Shown: positions 41,427 through 54,285 of the stretch, piece after piece
How positions within the stretch are numbered: position 1 is the first letter of the stretch
How the letters are laid out: each line of letters opens with the position of its first letter
Source: Eledone cirrhosa
Taxonomy: Eukaryota
Direction of reading: 5' to 3'
Assembly: GCA_964016885.1 (NCBI GenBank)
Contig: OZ024740.1
Location: 404,240,001-404,304,000, forward strand
Length of the DNA stretch: 64,000 bases
Program-made: the position numbers and the translations under genes
Notes under the pieces: generated by a model
Database searches by the model: none
What the model was told of the DNA's origin: nothing
Seen by the model: the letters and a program-made list of their open reading frames with translations, nothing else

Positions 41427-44400
41427 AACCAGTAAGACCCCGACGGCTGAGCTCAAGCCGTTTCGACGGCTAATTCTGGACTAAATGAAAATTTATCCTG
41501 GTATTTAAATAGCCGAGCTTCTCAAGGGGTAATTCCATATATGGTCAAAGTGATTGTCAAAAGGTAGTAGTAATTCTGTGATTGCAAATTAGTAGGGGAG
41601 ATGGCGGCTAAACCTGCCAGTAGGAGAAAAAGGGGAGGGGTGGAGTAGACCCAATCATGCGTTGGTAGTGCCAGCTACAGCTGGGCATGAGGTCAAAGAA
41701 GATACTGGGGAGGGGGAGGGGAGGAAGTCGAAACGGTAGGTAGAACAACGAGGGGTAAAAAATATATATATGAAAGAAAAAATACTGAGAGTGATGAAAA
41801 GCGAATAAGTGTAAAGAAAAAAGAGTATAAAAGCAAGTTCTACGACCTAAGTCTCTAGCTATTGTTAGGCTAGAAAAATAAATAAATAAAGAAAGAAAGA
41901 AATAAAGAAATAACGAAATAAGTAGATAAACTAGGTGGGACGGAATAGGCAAGGACCCTTTAAAGAGGTATAAGTACGTAAATCATACGGTGACGGGTCA
42001 ACAAATGGGGCCAAAATACTAAAGAAACTACCACGAAATAAATAATAAAGGTTTCTATCCCGGGCACCAGGCCAGCAACCACCCAGTGCAGCAGAGTAAA
42101 CTAGTACTAGATAATAATTCTGAGTCACGAAAAGGTACCGCCGCGCTACGAAAGATCTTATACAAGCTACATGAAAGTTCGTACGAAGTAAAGGTAGAAT
42201 ACGGAAAAATAAATTCAGAATCCACCCCGCCCAAAAGAAAAGAGAAGAAAGAAATACTGAAACGAGAAAATAAGGCATAAGTGCCACTAAGAAATATAGA
42301 AGGCACGGAAAATAGGGGAGCGGTCGGAAAAGGGGGGCAAGTATCCGGAGTCTAACACAACTGCTATAAAAAGCAGAGTCCGCCAAATCTATCATAGACT
42401 AGGGGAAGAGGTGGGGGTACTGAGGCTACACGGGGCCAAAGGGCAGCCTCGGGTGGGCGAGAAAAGACGCCGACAAAGGAGAAGAGCTGGGGTAGAAGGA
42501 CTAAGGAGGGATGGGGCGAAGAGGGAAATAAAGGAAGCGATAAAAGAATAAAAAGAAGATCTTACGTCTCCCTTGGCAAGCAGGGGTTACCCATTGCAAA
42601 ATCGGCAAGTGGGGTATTATAGCCCTAGTCTACCCCCCCCCCCCCCCGGTCATTATGGGGTTTGAGGGTGAGGTAAGTCCTACGCAATCTATGTTTACAT
42701 GCAGTAACCAGTTCATCTTTCTTGTTTAGGAGTTGGTCCGTCGAAAACAGCATTTGTAAAGTTTCCTCCGAGCATAAATTGCACGGACGGCGTCCTCCCG
42801 TGTAAGAATTGGCTCTGGACAGTAATCTCCAAGTGAGATCATAGGTGATGTTGTTGTCCTTGAGGTCCCATATGTGGCCCGAAAGTGTAGTGGCGTGACG
42901 CCGGGCCGGGTATCGGAAGGTATGTCTGTGTTGGTATAGCCGGGTCTTGAAGTCACATGCGGTTAGTCCTATATAAGCTTTTTTGGAGGTATCCGTCCTC
43001 ACGTTGCACTGGTAGATCACATTACGGTCTCTGCATCTATTGTCGAGTGGGCAAATGGATCTATCCGGACAGTTGCACCTCCTGGTCGGCTCTCCACTGC
43101 TATTTAGGTTATTTCTTCCATCGGGGTTAAGTTTTTTGTTGTTAGAGGAGACGATGTTTTGTGCGAAGTTAGGTGTAGTGCTGTAAGAGAGTTTGATGGT
43201 ATTTTGTTAATTATGTTGTGGTAGCGGTGTTGTAGTGGGAAGTGTTTTTCAATGAGCCTAAAGAATAGTTTCCCGATGGGAGTTGTCACCTCTGCGTTGT
43301 GGGGAGGATTGAACCATGTTACATTGCGTGAGCGGCGGTGTCTCCTGCTGGTTCCGCTAATGGGAGCTGGACAGTAGGATATTTCCTCCCGGAAACCACT
43401 CCGCTTGAGGGCCTGGTTGTAATAAGGCGCATGTTCATCGAATATCCGCTCATCAGCTGACAAACGGGATATGCGGAGGGAGATGTTTTTGACCAGGTTG
43501 TTGGTGATGTTCCTAGGATGGTTTGATCGGCGGTGGATGTAGTGCAGGTTGTCATTAGGTTTCCTGTATGGGTAGTACAGGTCGTTTTCGAGGTCGAGGG
43601 TCACGTCCAGGAAGTTTACTCGGGTCAGGGACGTTTGTAGGGTTATTTTAAATCCCCAGTCACGGAAGAAGCTGATTAATTTTTTCCGGACCCGATCTGT
43701 ACTACTGGGGTTGTACCCTTTAAGGGTAAGGAGCCCATCATCACGGTACAATCCACCACCGAATGCAGGAAACATATCGGTGAGTTTGGCTATTAGGAAT
43801 AATCCTATAAGATCTGTGACCTCCGCCGAATCCGTGGCGCCCATGCTGACGTCGAAGGGTGAGTCGGGAGCTCTTTTTATCCATTTAGAGTCGTCAAAGA
43901 GTAAGACTGTCTTCCTGGCGTGGAGGATGATTTTTCTTTCCTGGTCGGTGATGGGCACAAGTGTTTCGGCGAAGTCCAAGGCGGCAGTAAGTAGCGGTAA
44001 GGTGATTGAAGCATAGTAGCTCTCTATGTCGAACTGTATGAATTTAGTGTCTCGTTTATCATCCATATTGCTGAACCATGAGATTACTTCCTGGGTGTTG
44101 ATCCATAGGCTAAGCCGGGCGTGTTGCTTGACTTTTGGTATCACGCGGTCTAGGATTTTTTTGCTGATTCTCCCTATGTCGGACTTCGTTGGGTTAATAA
44201 GCCTGATAGAGGGTTTACGGTCAAAATCGGATTTATGGTCCTTCAGTGTGAAGTATGGTGTCCGTGGGTCTAGGGGTTCCGTGCGGTCGGCGACCCCGAG
44301 GCTGGAGGTAATTTGTTGTCCATCTCGATTTATGTCCTCGATGCAAGAGTGGTTGGCCTTTTTATAGGTGGAGTTTAGGCTGCTCCTGATCAGTGTGTGG

Positions 44401-45356
44401 TATCTGTCAGGGTTGACAAAGTATAGGTTCCCAGTTTTATCCGAATGCACTATGATGTCATTGGTGTTATCATACTCGTACGAACTTTCATGTAGCTTGT
44501 ATAAGATCTTTCGTAGCGCGGCGGTACCTTTAGAGTTAGCATTAGTATTTTTTTTTTTCGGGACTCAGAATTATTATCTAGTACTAGTTTACTTTGCTGC
44601 ACTGGGTGGTTGCTGGCCTGGTGCCCGGGATAGAAACCTTTATTATTTATTTCGTGGTAGTTTCTTTAGTATTTTGGCCCCATTTGTTGACCCGTCACCG
44701 TATGATTTACGTACTTATACCTCTTTAAAGGGTCCTTGCCTATTCCGTCCCACCTAGTTTATCTACTTATTTCGTTATTTCTTTATTTATTTCTTTATTT
44801 CTTTCTTTCTTTATTTATTTATCTATCTAGCCTAACAATAGCTAGAGACTTAGGTCGTAGAACTTGCTTTTATACTCTTTTTTCTTTACACTTATTCGCT
44901 TTTCATCACTCTCAGTATTTTTTCTTTCATATATATATTTTTTACCCCTCGTTGTTCTACCTACCGTTTCGACTTCCTCCCCCTCCCCCTCCCCAGTATC
45001 TTCTTTGACCTCATGCCCAGCTGTAGCTGGCACTACCAACGCATGATTGGGTCTACTCCACCCCCTCCCCTTTTTCTCCTACTGGCAGGTTTAGCCACCA
45101 TCTCCCCTACTAATTTGCAATCACAGAATTACTACTGACTTTTGACAATCACTTTGACCATATATGGAATTATCCCTTGAGAAGCTCGGCTATTTAAATA
45201 CCAGGATAAATTTTCATTTAGTCCAGAATTAGCCGTCGAAACGGCTTGAGCACAGCCGTCGGGGTCTTACTGGTTCCTATTACCCACTCTACTACCCTAA
45301 GTATTGAGTACTTTGGTGCGTTATGGTCCACCTGGTTCCTTACCACATTTCCTTCG

Positions 45357-45360
<4 letters not shown>
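41424..45360 (-). mobile_element. Family-A Penelope-like element, 5'-truncated, with inverted terminal repeat
   Basis: 3' repeat 41424-42624(-), ORF 42625-44470(-), inverted repeat 44476-45360(+); HHRs at 41437-41530(-) and 45172-45265(+); (TA)n flanks. Confidence 0.92.
42625..44470 (-). pseudogene. PLE RT and GIY-YIG endonuclease (Nematis-like, tentative), one frameshift near 43200
   Basis: SDKTGNLY, TLKDHK, RLINPTKSDIG, FDIESYY, MGATDSAE, LYRDDGL, FLDVTLDL; IYQCNV...YIGLTACDFKTRLYQH...CNLCSEE. Confidence 0.92.
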
Positions 45361-45390
<30 letters not shown>

Positions 45391-45496
45391 TAATCATTAA
45401 GCACAGCTTATTTTTCATTCCCATTGCCATCTTAAGTATTTAAGATATGCTGCTTTTTTACCTCTCATTTTTTTATTTCATTATCGTTCAAAGTTT

Positions 45497-45752
45497 GAGG
45501 TGGTGGATAACCGTTAAAGCGACGAACAAACAAACAAAATGCTTTGCAGTATCTAATTTCGGCCCTTTATGTTCTGAGTTCAATTCCCACCGAGGTTAAC
45601 ATTGCCTTACATCCTTCCAGGAACGATAATATATAGTACCTGTCGCGTACTGAGATCGATAATATAAAGTACCAGTCACGTACTGGAATCGATATAATCG
45701 ACTTTCCCCTCCCCATAAAGTGCTGGCTTCGTGCCTAAATTAGAAATTATCA
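45497..45752 (+). mobile_element. Diverged tRNA-SINE
   Basis: ctgagttcaattcccaccgaggttaac...gctggcttcgtgcctaaa. Confidence 0.7.
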
Positions 45753-46074
45753 TTCAATGTTTCGTATTTGAGCACAGTTGGGATTCTTTTCGTATTTTTC
45801 CACGTAACACTTACAGAAGAGACAAATCTGCATTAAGATAATTTTACATTTTGCACTAAATAGCCCTGCTATTAGCAATAGAAAAGAATCGATTCGATCT
45901 CTTCTCTATCAAAATATTGAGTAGGTAAACAAAGTTGTTTTCTTTTAATTAATGGCAATAAAAGTAGAATTTCTATAACAGCTGTTTTCCTTACACGAAA
46001 TGTTCAATTTTATCTAGATAAAATTACAGTCAGATAAATTGTTTCATAGTATCATAAAAATCCTCATTATATTA

Positions 46075-46256
46075 TTGGCAGTATCGGTAGAGGGTCGGAC
46101 ACCATGCTTTGCAGCCAAGAATTACGTTCCTTTATGATCTGAGTTCAAATCCCGCCGAGGTTAACGTTGCCTTTCATCTTTACGGGGTCGATAAAATAAA
46201 GTACCAGTAATACACTGAGATAATTGCTGGCCTTGTGCCAAAAATAGAAACAATTA
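46075..46256 (+). mobile_element. tRNA-SINE
   Basis: Family consensus motifs. Confidence 0.85.
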
Positions 46257-46834
46257 TATAATACCTATTAATGAGAACCAGTTAATACTTAACAGCAAGA
46301 ATAGTCAAGCAATCCATGAAGTCCTCATTTATTTAAATATAATCCTATGATTACTGTGTGTGAGAAAATATTCACCTGAGTTCAACAAATAGTTGTAGAA
46401 GGCCATATGGTATGTGCCATTTATATACTTAATTTCAGATTTTGTGAGGACAAAAATTAACATGGTTTGGTTGGGTATACACCCTTGATAAAAAACAATG
46501 TTTCCTAATACAGCGGATTCTCAGTAATTTTTTAGTGACCAGCTGATGGAATACATATTAACCAATAACACATCAACTATACGTTAAAATAATTTTGGTT
46601 TTTCCTAACAAACTGAATAATTTATTGCTAATTAATCTATGGGAGCTGTTGTTTGAGCTGTTGTTTGAACTTCTTTAAGGTATACTTAAAATATTTTTAA
46701 ATGTATATAGTTAATGTAAATCCATTTTAATGGAATGTACATCAAGTATATATTGATGTGATGTTAACGAACTCTGATATTTGATATATGAAGGGGATAG
46801 TTCATTCAACAACAAATTTTATGCGTGTTATTAA

Positions 46835-47049
46835 TGATTTCTACTATAGGCACAAGGCCAGCAATTTAGGGAGAGAGGAAAGTCGATTAAATCAACCCCA
46901 GTACATTACTGTTACTTTATTTTATCGACCCCGTAAGGATGAAAGGCAAAGATAACCTCGGCGGGATTTGAACTCAGAACGTAAAGGGCCGTAACTATGC
47001 AGCCAAGCATGTTGTCCGATGCTCTACCGATACCACCAATCTCCCGCCC
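46835..47049 (-). mobile_element. tRNA-SINE
   Basis: Reverse complement of family motifs; a further 5' half lies at 47634-47746(-). Confidence 0.85.
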
Positions 47050-48353
47050 TATATTTTTGTTATTAATGAAAGCTCATGTAAAGGATGAATTTTGTAATGA
47101 AGTTCACGGGTCTTAAGGAAACAGGAATGTTATGTAAGCTTTCTATAAGCTGCATTACGGGGTTTTAATAATTATTATACAAGCCTTACAAAATAAATAA
47201 ACTGAAAAAGACTCCAGATTATTATTTATAATTTTAGTTACTTTAGTTACTGCTTAATGGAAGTTATGAAAATGCATAGTAGTAATATTTAGCATGAAAA
47301 GATTTGTCCGTTTTATGTGCATTGCTTATGAATAATACTTCAAAATGATCAACTAGACTAGGTAGGCTTCTAGGTATATTTTCTGTCCAATTAAGATTTT
47401 ATTTTAGACTTTGCATTAGAATACTGTTTGATTACAATACGCTGTATGCTGTATAAAAATATCGTTCATCTGTCTTTGCAGCTTTACGAGTATTCTTACA
47501 TAAATCTTCTTACATACCAATGCTAGATAAACCATTTTTCTACTAATGTCCCAAGAATTGTGAGTTAATGGAGGATACAATGACTTTTCTCTTGTTCTTA
47601 TTATGGTGGCCGTGAGTAGAATGAGTGATGTCTGTAAGGATGAAAGGCAAAGTTAACCTCGGCAGTATTTGAACTCAGAATGGAAAGGGCCGTAACTGTA
47701 TGCTAGAAAGCATGGCGCCCGACCCTCTACCGATACTGCCAATCCAATGCCATGGCTAGAGCATTGTTTTTATTTTTAAAAATATGATCATGATAAGTAA
47801 GCGCATTTTTATCAAAATGGAATGTCCCTGTTTTTCTCCCTTTTTCTTTTTATTTTGTTGGTATCATAGTAGTATCGATCACAACGATAGTGATAACCAA
47901 TTTTTATATTTATTGACTTAAAAAGTAACACATAACTCTTCATCGCAAAGCTTCAATTTCCATCTTCGTGGTGTTTTCGGTAACAATTTCATCCTCTTTG
48001 TAATCGTATTTTGATCCACATTGCTGTGAAGTCAACAAATCGTTTTTCAGTTATAGTTCAAGATGTAATAAAGTTGTTTTCATTGACGGAACGATATGAA
48101 TTACGTACAAATTATGACGAAAATAAGATAGCTTTCACAGAGGATTTGTTATCTAAATATGCGAACATTTTGGACTTTAACCACTTAATACGGTAATCGG
48201 TATTTGTCAATTGCTTTATCAGTCCATCGTATTCTTGTGGCATGGCAATGCCGCCAATTGTCTGAACGTATGACCTCAAACGTTCAAATTTCAAAGCCGA
48301 GAATTTTCTTACAGATTTCTGTGCAGTCTATTGATGGGAATAATAATGTTTTG

Positions 48354-48480
<127 letters not shown>

Positions 48481-48492
48481 TGGGTGTGTTTG

Positions 48493-48526
<34 letters not shown>

Positions 48527-48527
<1 letters not shown>

Positions 48528-49395
48528 TTCGTTTCTGAATTTGTTTATCAAGATTCTTTATCTGAAAACGTGTGTTGAAACCGTTATTGTTATACTTTGG
48601 GAGGGTCATGTTGCCAATAAGAAACACACGCACCAGTTGCTTTCACTCCAATTTATTATAAATTTAAAAAACTTTTTTTTTTTTTTTAAATTAAAAACAC
48701 TTATTAGTAATACATACCCTTTTCAAAGACCCCCTGTATAGATAAGAAATGCATAATCTGTAAAATAAGCCCTCATATTAACTGTAAAACTAGAAACATA
48801 GTATATAGCATAAGATGTACTGAAGGACAATGTAAAGATAAGAATATAGTGTACATAGGTGAGACAGCTCGCAGTATAGGAGAACGGTTAAATCAACACT
48901 GGCGAGAGCTTCAAGATAGAAAAGAATCATCAATACTCCACCAACATGCTAAAATAGAACATAAGGGCAAATTAGAGAACATAGAAATAAAAATAAAATC
49001 TACACACGGAAAAGACGCAAAGTTTAGACAAATCACAGAGGCAATAAACATAATTGAACTCCAACCAAAATTAAATAGAAAACATGAATGGAATAGCAAC
49101 ATCACAACTTACAATTAAGGACAACACACACACACATAGAACAAACAACCAACCAGTAACATGTAAATAAACAAATAAATAAACAAATAAAAACACACAC
49201 AGACACCCGGATGTAACACATGCCATACGCAAACTAAGCACACAACATACACAAAAACAAAATGGCGTGGGACAGAACAAAGGAGAGGCACAAAACAAAG
49301 AAAATAATCCCCGGTCACTGAAGAGGTCACAGAAGGTGTGACGAAAGAACTTTGACAATATATGGAACCAACCAACCAATCGGAAATTTATAAAT
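48527..49395 (+). mobile_element. Family-B PLE fragment: inverted repeat end, GIY-YIG domain and terminal repeat
   Basis: CIICKI...CKTRNIVYSIRC...VYIGETARSIGERLNQH...EAINI; HHR-like motif gtca-CTGAAGA-ggtcaca..tgtgac-GAAA-gaactt-tgac at 49314-49356. Confidence 0.82.
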
Positions 49396-49596
49396 GTCTA
49401 TATATATACATATATACATAACTTTGATAGGCTTCGGCCAGTATTGGCCCAGGCAATGTCAAATTTAATTGCGCCACCATATATATATAAGAAAAGATTC
49501 CGGACCGCAACGGCTGAGCTCAGGCCGTTTCGACAGCTAAATCCGAACTCATTATATGTGTTATGGTCCACCTGGTATTTTACCACACCCTTTCTG

Positions 49597-49644
<48 letters not shown>

Positions 49645-50187
49645 CAACTCTATGGCCATCGACTGTCGAAATGGAGGTACACAGTACTGTAGGTTTATTC
49701 AGGATGACAGTGTCTAATAAGGTTGTCAAACAACACTGTCCTGGGGGTTTTAAAAGAGGAAAACGAAGCAGGACTTATTTGAAATTACATGGCGAGGACC
49801 AAATACGCAAGTAATTAAAGTCGAACAGTGTGTGATGAAAATGGCCAATTAAACCCATGGATACGAAAACAAACACAAATTAGATTGTGCACAGAGAAAA
49901 AAAGTGGGCTAATACTGAAAGCCAGGTCAGAACGGTGTGGTGACACCGCGACGAAAGAGAGAATAAAGCCACGTGATAGAGAAGAAGTCGTGGTGAAAGC
50001 AGTGAGCATCTTAACAAAGAAAGATGAGGGGATTCGAGTGCATCACAGATAATATTGCAAAATGTTCGACATTTAAGTCGAACATTTAATTATATAAATA
50101 TTATCTATGACTCACGCACTTATCATCCTACTCTTTTATTGAGTTTCTCACAATATATATATGTACGTATATGCATATATAATATAC

Positions 50188-50281
<94 letters not shown>

Positions 50282-50397
50282 ATATTACAGATTAAAGTTC
50301 AATGAACGAATTTCTGCTTTCACCCTATTACGGGAACTTCTGAAACTAAGAGAAATCAATCTGTAGAAGCAGAATTTGGTTTTCATAATTATTATTA

Positions 50398-50586
50398 CTG
50401 GATTGGCAGTATCGGTAGAGGGTCGGACGCCATGCTTTCTAGCATAGTTACGCCCCTTTACAGTCTGAGTTCAAATCCCGCCGAGGTTAACTTTGCCTTT
50501 CATCCTTACGGGGTCGATAAAATAAAGTACCAGTAATGTACTGGGTAATTGCTGGCCTTGTGCCTAAAGTAGAAACAATTATTACT
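50398..50586 (+). mobile_element. tRNA-SINE
   Basis: Close to family consensus. Confidence 0.88.
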
Positions 50587-50679
50587 ATATATATATATAT
50601 ATACATAAATATTCACAAAACATCTACATGACATTCCAAATTCTTCAATGGATATTGCAGCGTTTTCACATCTATTTGT

Positions 50680-50900
50680 TTAACAACAACTGTGATTCTG
50701 TCTTTTTAAATTGTCAATGATTGTCACTCGTTTATTAGCGAATTCCCAAAGACAGAAATCACAGGCTGTAATGTTGCGAGATCTTGCCAACCAATGAATT
50801 TCATTTCCACGGCCAACCCACCTGTTTGGAAATATTTCATCTAATGACTTGGAAGCGTTCAAGACCCACGTGGCTCTGCGGCATCTTGCTGAAATATTAT
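50680..50900 (-). mobile_element. Tc1/mariner-type transposase remnant
   Basis: FPNRWVGRG..HWLARSRNITACDFCLW (cf. WP.RSPDL.P.DF.LWG). Confidence 0.65.
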
Positions 50901-51029
50901 GCGTGGCTGCAGTTCTTCCAGATGCACAAAACAACAGAACATATGTATAGCATAGCGGCCAAGCTAATTTATTTAAAACATCTATGCTTGTAATGCAGTT
51001 ATGCTTTTGCCACAGATATTTGAAGTATA

Positions 51030-51745
51030 ACATTAGGTCAGAAAAATGTAATTCAACTTTAGAATTCGGTTCACGCAGCCGAGTTGGACGTGGTATCACG
51101 ACTGGTAAGTGTAAAATCAGTCGGCTAGAATTTAAAGACGACAGGGTGTTACTTAACTTGATAGATGGTGATCTCCAACTTATACTTGAGAGGTTTGATG
51201 CGCCAGCTTCAGTATTCGATAATCAGATGAAGGGTGGTAGGTGTCAAAGCCAAATGCGCTATCTTCAATTCGGTATTCATGCCAACCCTTACCTATGGTC
51301 ATGAATCTTGGGTAATGACTAAAAGAATACAATCGCGAATACAAGCGGCCAAAATGAGGTACCTCTGAAGGGTTTTTGGAGTAACGTTACTCCGAACTGA
51401 GAGATCACAGCTCCAATACTACGAGCATGTAACCAGAATGTCTCCGGAAAGAATCGTTGGATAAATTTTACAGGCAAAACCAGCCGGCAGGAGACCAAGC
51501 GATATACCTCGAGTAAGGTGGTTGGATAACACCCATGAGCTTCGCTGGTCTCGCCTGGAGATCCAACTGGATCAGTTGGAGATGGTTGCTTCTGACAGGA
51601 CCCACTGGAAAATCTGTCTGAATAATCTGTCCCCACGACCCTCCCAGGGAGGAGGAGGAGGAGGAGGAGGAGGAGAAGAAGAAGAAGAAGAAGAAGAAGA
51701 AGAAGAAGAAGAAGAAGAAGAAGAAGAAGAAGAAGAAGAAGAAGA
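51030..51745 (+). mobile_element. Degraded RTE-like LINE fragment with (GGA/GAA)n tail
   Basis: ISRLEFKDDRVLL...DLQLILERF; LTYGHESWVMTKRIQSRIQAA; related 3' end at 52905-53165. Confidence 0.6.
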
Positions 51746-51866
51746 CAATTTGGTTCAATGCTTGTTTCTTTTAATTAGTTTAAATCTTAAGTTTTAGAAT
51801 CGAGATAGCTATTGTTATTGTTATTCAATATATCTGATCAATCAGGACTGCTCAATCATGCTCTTT

Positions 51867-52000
51867 GTCATATAGACGAAAGACCTGTGGTTTATATCCT
51901 AACACCGGTTCTGCATTATCCTCATGCTCTTTGCCTTAGACATGAGGATAATGCAGAGCCAGTGTTAGGATATAACCCACAGATCTCTCGTCTATATGAC
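51867..52000. repeat. Imperfect hairpin, ~60-bp arms
   Basis: gtcatatagacga...ttatcctcatg / catgaggataa...tcgtctatatgac. Confidence 0.85.
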
Positions 52001-52074
52001 TGGTACTATACCATATTCACCATCCGTTTTCTCAGATACAGTAAATTCCAAACCAATTTAAGTTATTATCAGCA

Positions 52075-52256
52075 ATGGCAGTGTTGGTAGAGGGTCGGAC
52101 GCCATATTTCCAGAATAGAGTTACGTCCCTTTATTATCTGAGTTCCAATCCCGCCGAGGTTAACTTTACCTTTCATCCTTACGGGGTCGATAAAATAAAG
52201 CACCAGTAATGCACTGGGGTAATTGCTGGCCTTGTGCCAAAAGTAGAAACAATTAT
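52075..52256 (+). mobile_element. tRNA-SINE
   Basis: Family motifs; duplicated with its flank at 56851-57078. Confidence 0.85.
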
Positions 52257-53192
52257 TTTATGGACTCTAGCGACATTGCAGCTCAAAATTGAAAAACGAA
52301 GGAAGTAGTTACAGTAAAGCAGTTAATCTGGTATTATATTTATTCAGCCATCGTCACAGCTCTGTCAATATAGAACGAAACATATGAGAAAATTGTGTTA
52401 ATTATTTCACCCCTCTTAACAGTTAAATAACTTGAGTATGGATATCTGTGTTTTTTTTTGTGTTTTTTGTTGTTGTTTTTTTACTCGAACATACAGGATT
52501 TGTTATATTCAGATACTTTTACAGCTGTATAATTAATTATTTGTAGTATTGTGACACAGCAATGCTTTAAAACAGCTTTTTGCTTTAAACTTACAGGAAC
52601 CACTGCCATTCCAATAACAGACATCTAAAGAGAAGTTGAAATCACATTAAACAAAAAAATTACTACTTCTCAATATCCTACAGTGAAACACTGATCCCTT
52701 GTATTCAACTCCTACACATATACAAAACAATATATTGAGTCAAGTGGCTAGTCCTATAGATACAGAAATTATTTACTAAGTCAGATATCCTCAGCCAAGA
52801 TACAATTCCTACTTGTATTTATTTCATTTATATACTATTGAGAGCGAGCATAAATGTCACAGGTCATATTTTTACCAAAAGAAAATTTTATTTAGTGAGA
52901 TCTTCGAATTGAGAGATCACAGCTCCAATACTATGGGCATGTGGTTAGAATGTTTCAGGAAAGAATCACTGGATACATTTTGTGGGCAAAACCAACCGAC
53001 AGGAGACCTAGGGTAGACCCTGAGCAAGTTGTTGGGATAACATCCATGAGCTTGGCTGGTTTCGCTTGGGGACGGTTGTTTCTGACAGGACCCGCCGGAA
53101 GAAGAAGAAGAAGAAGAAGAAGAAGAAGAAGAAGAAGAAGAAGAAGAAGAAGAAGAAGAAGAAGATCATCATCATCATCGTCGTCGTCGTCG

Positions 53193-53224
<32 letters not shown>

Positions 53225-53299
53225 TGGAAAAAAAAGCAGTGTTCATGGCCGTTGCAAGCCCTCCGAAATCAGTGAGATGCCGCTAACATTCAGTGTTAC

Positions 53300-54285
53300 T
53301 GAAAGCTTTAACATCAATGGTGGCGTGGGCAAGCTATATTTCCCACGTAAGCAGGGTGATCGGAGCTTAAAAACCATAACATCATACGATACCCGGGTAG
53401 CAACACTGAAACAATATCTTTAACAGAAGAAGGTTTACGAGCCTGAAAATAACATTGTTAGGAAAGCCATTGATCTAAGAGGGACAGGAAATGAAAGCTA
53501 ACACAAATATCTCTCTCGGAAATATTGGACAACTCTATTTAATTCCCGAACAACATTAAAAATGAACCAGTTCAAAGAGAAGGTTGTATATTGGTACTTG
53601 AGGCGAAAGACGCAGACCATAGAAGGGATAAACCATACTAAAAGCCTGGCACGGAGTTCCGACCGGTTCATAACATCCAAGAACAAGAAATCCCCATTAA
53701 ATATCTACTGCATAAAAGAGGAAAGTCATCATTTGACAATAAATGTTGGCTGTGCAAAACAAAAACCGCGAAGAGTGCCTTCTCGTCACTACTTCTCCGT
53801 GAGGCATGATACGGTAGCTAGAACAATCTAGAATGCACTACGGAAAAAGAAAATAACAAATAGGACGAAATATGTTGAGACTAATGGATCAAAGGATTAC
53901 TTGGGGAAGCTAAGAAACAAACCGCCAGCAAGTTAAAATACAACCGACCTGATATTTGTGTTTGGGACTACATATTAAAACATGCTCTGTTGTAGAAGTC
54001 AGTTGCCCACTTGATCTCAATGTAGTAAGAACATTGTAAGAGAAGGGGGATATCTACGGACCATTAGTGAGGAGTTTGCAGATCATTTACCCAAGATACA
54101 CGTTCGGCTTTATATCTATAATTATTGGAGCTAAATGACATTCGCCAACCCGTCTGGACAAAAGTATGGCTGAACTTGGATTTATGGTGGAAAATGTAGC
54201 TCTTTAATTCATAAGCTACAAATGGCTGCGGTAACTGGAACCTTCAAAATCAGTAAAAGATTCTTACGATTGAAAGGATGAACGA
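53300..54285 (+). mobile_element. Degraded RLE-type (R4/NeSL-like) non-LTR retrotransposon 3' region
   Basis: RHDTVARTI, YNRPDICVWD, VVEVSCPLD, YGPLVRSLQ; related fragment at 55880-56250 (HDVVAK, HNRPDTMIWD, VVEV). Confidence 0.65.

Noticed and set aside
47930-48340. Possible host exon or piggyBac-like remnant
   Set aside because: Coding-like composition but interrupted by stops, and no motif I can identify with confidence.
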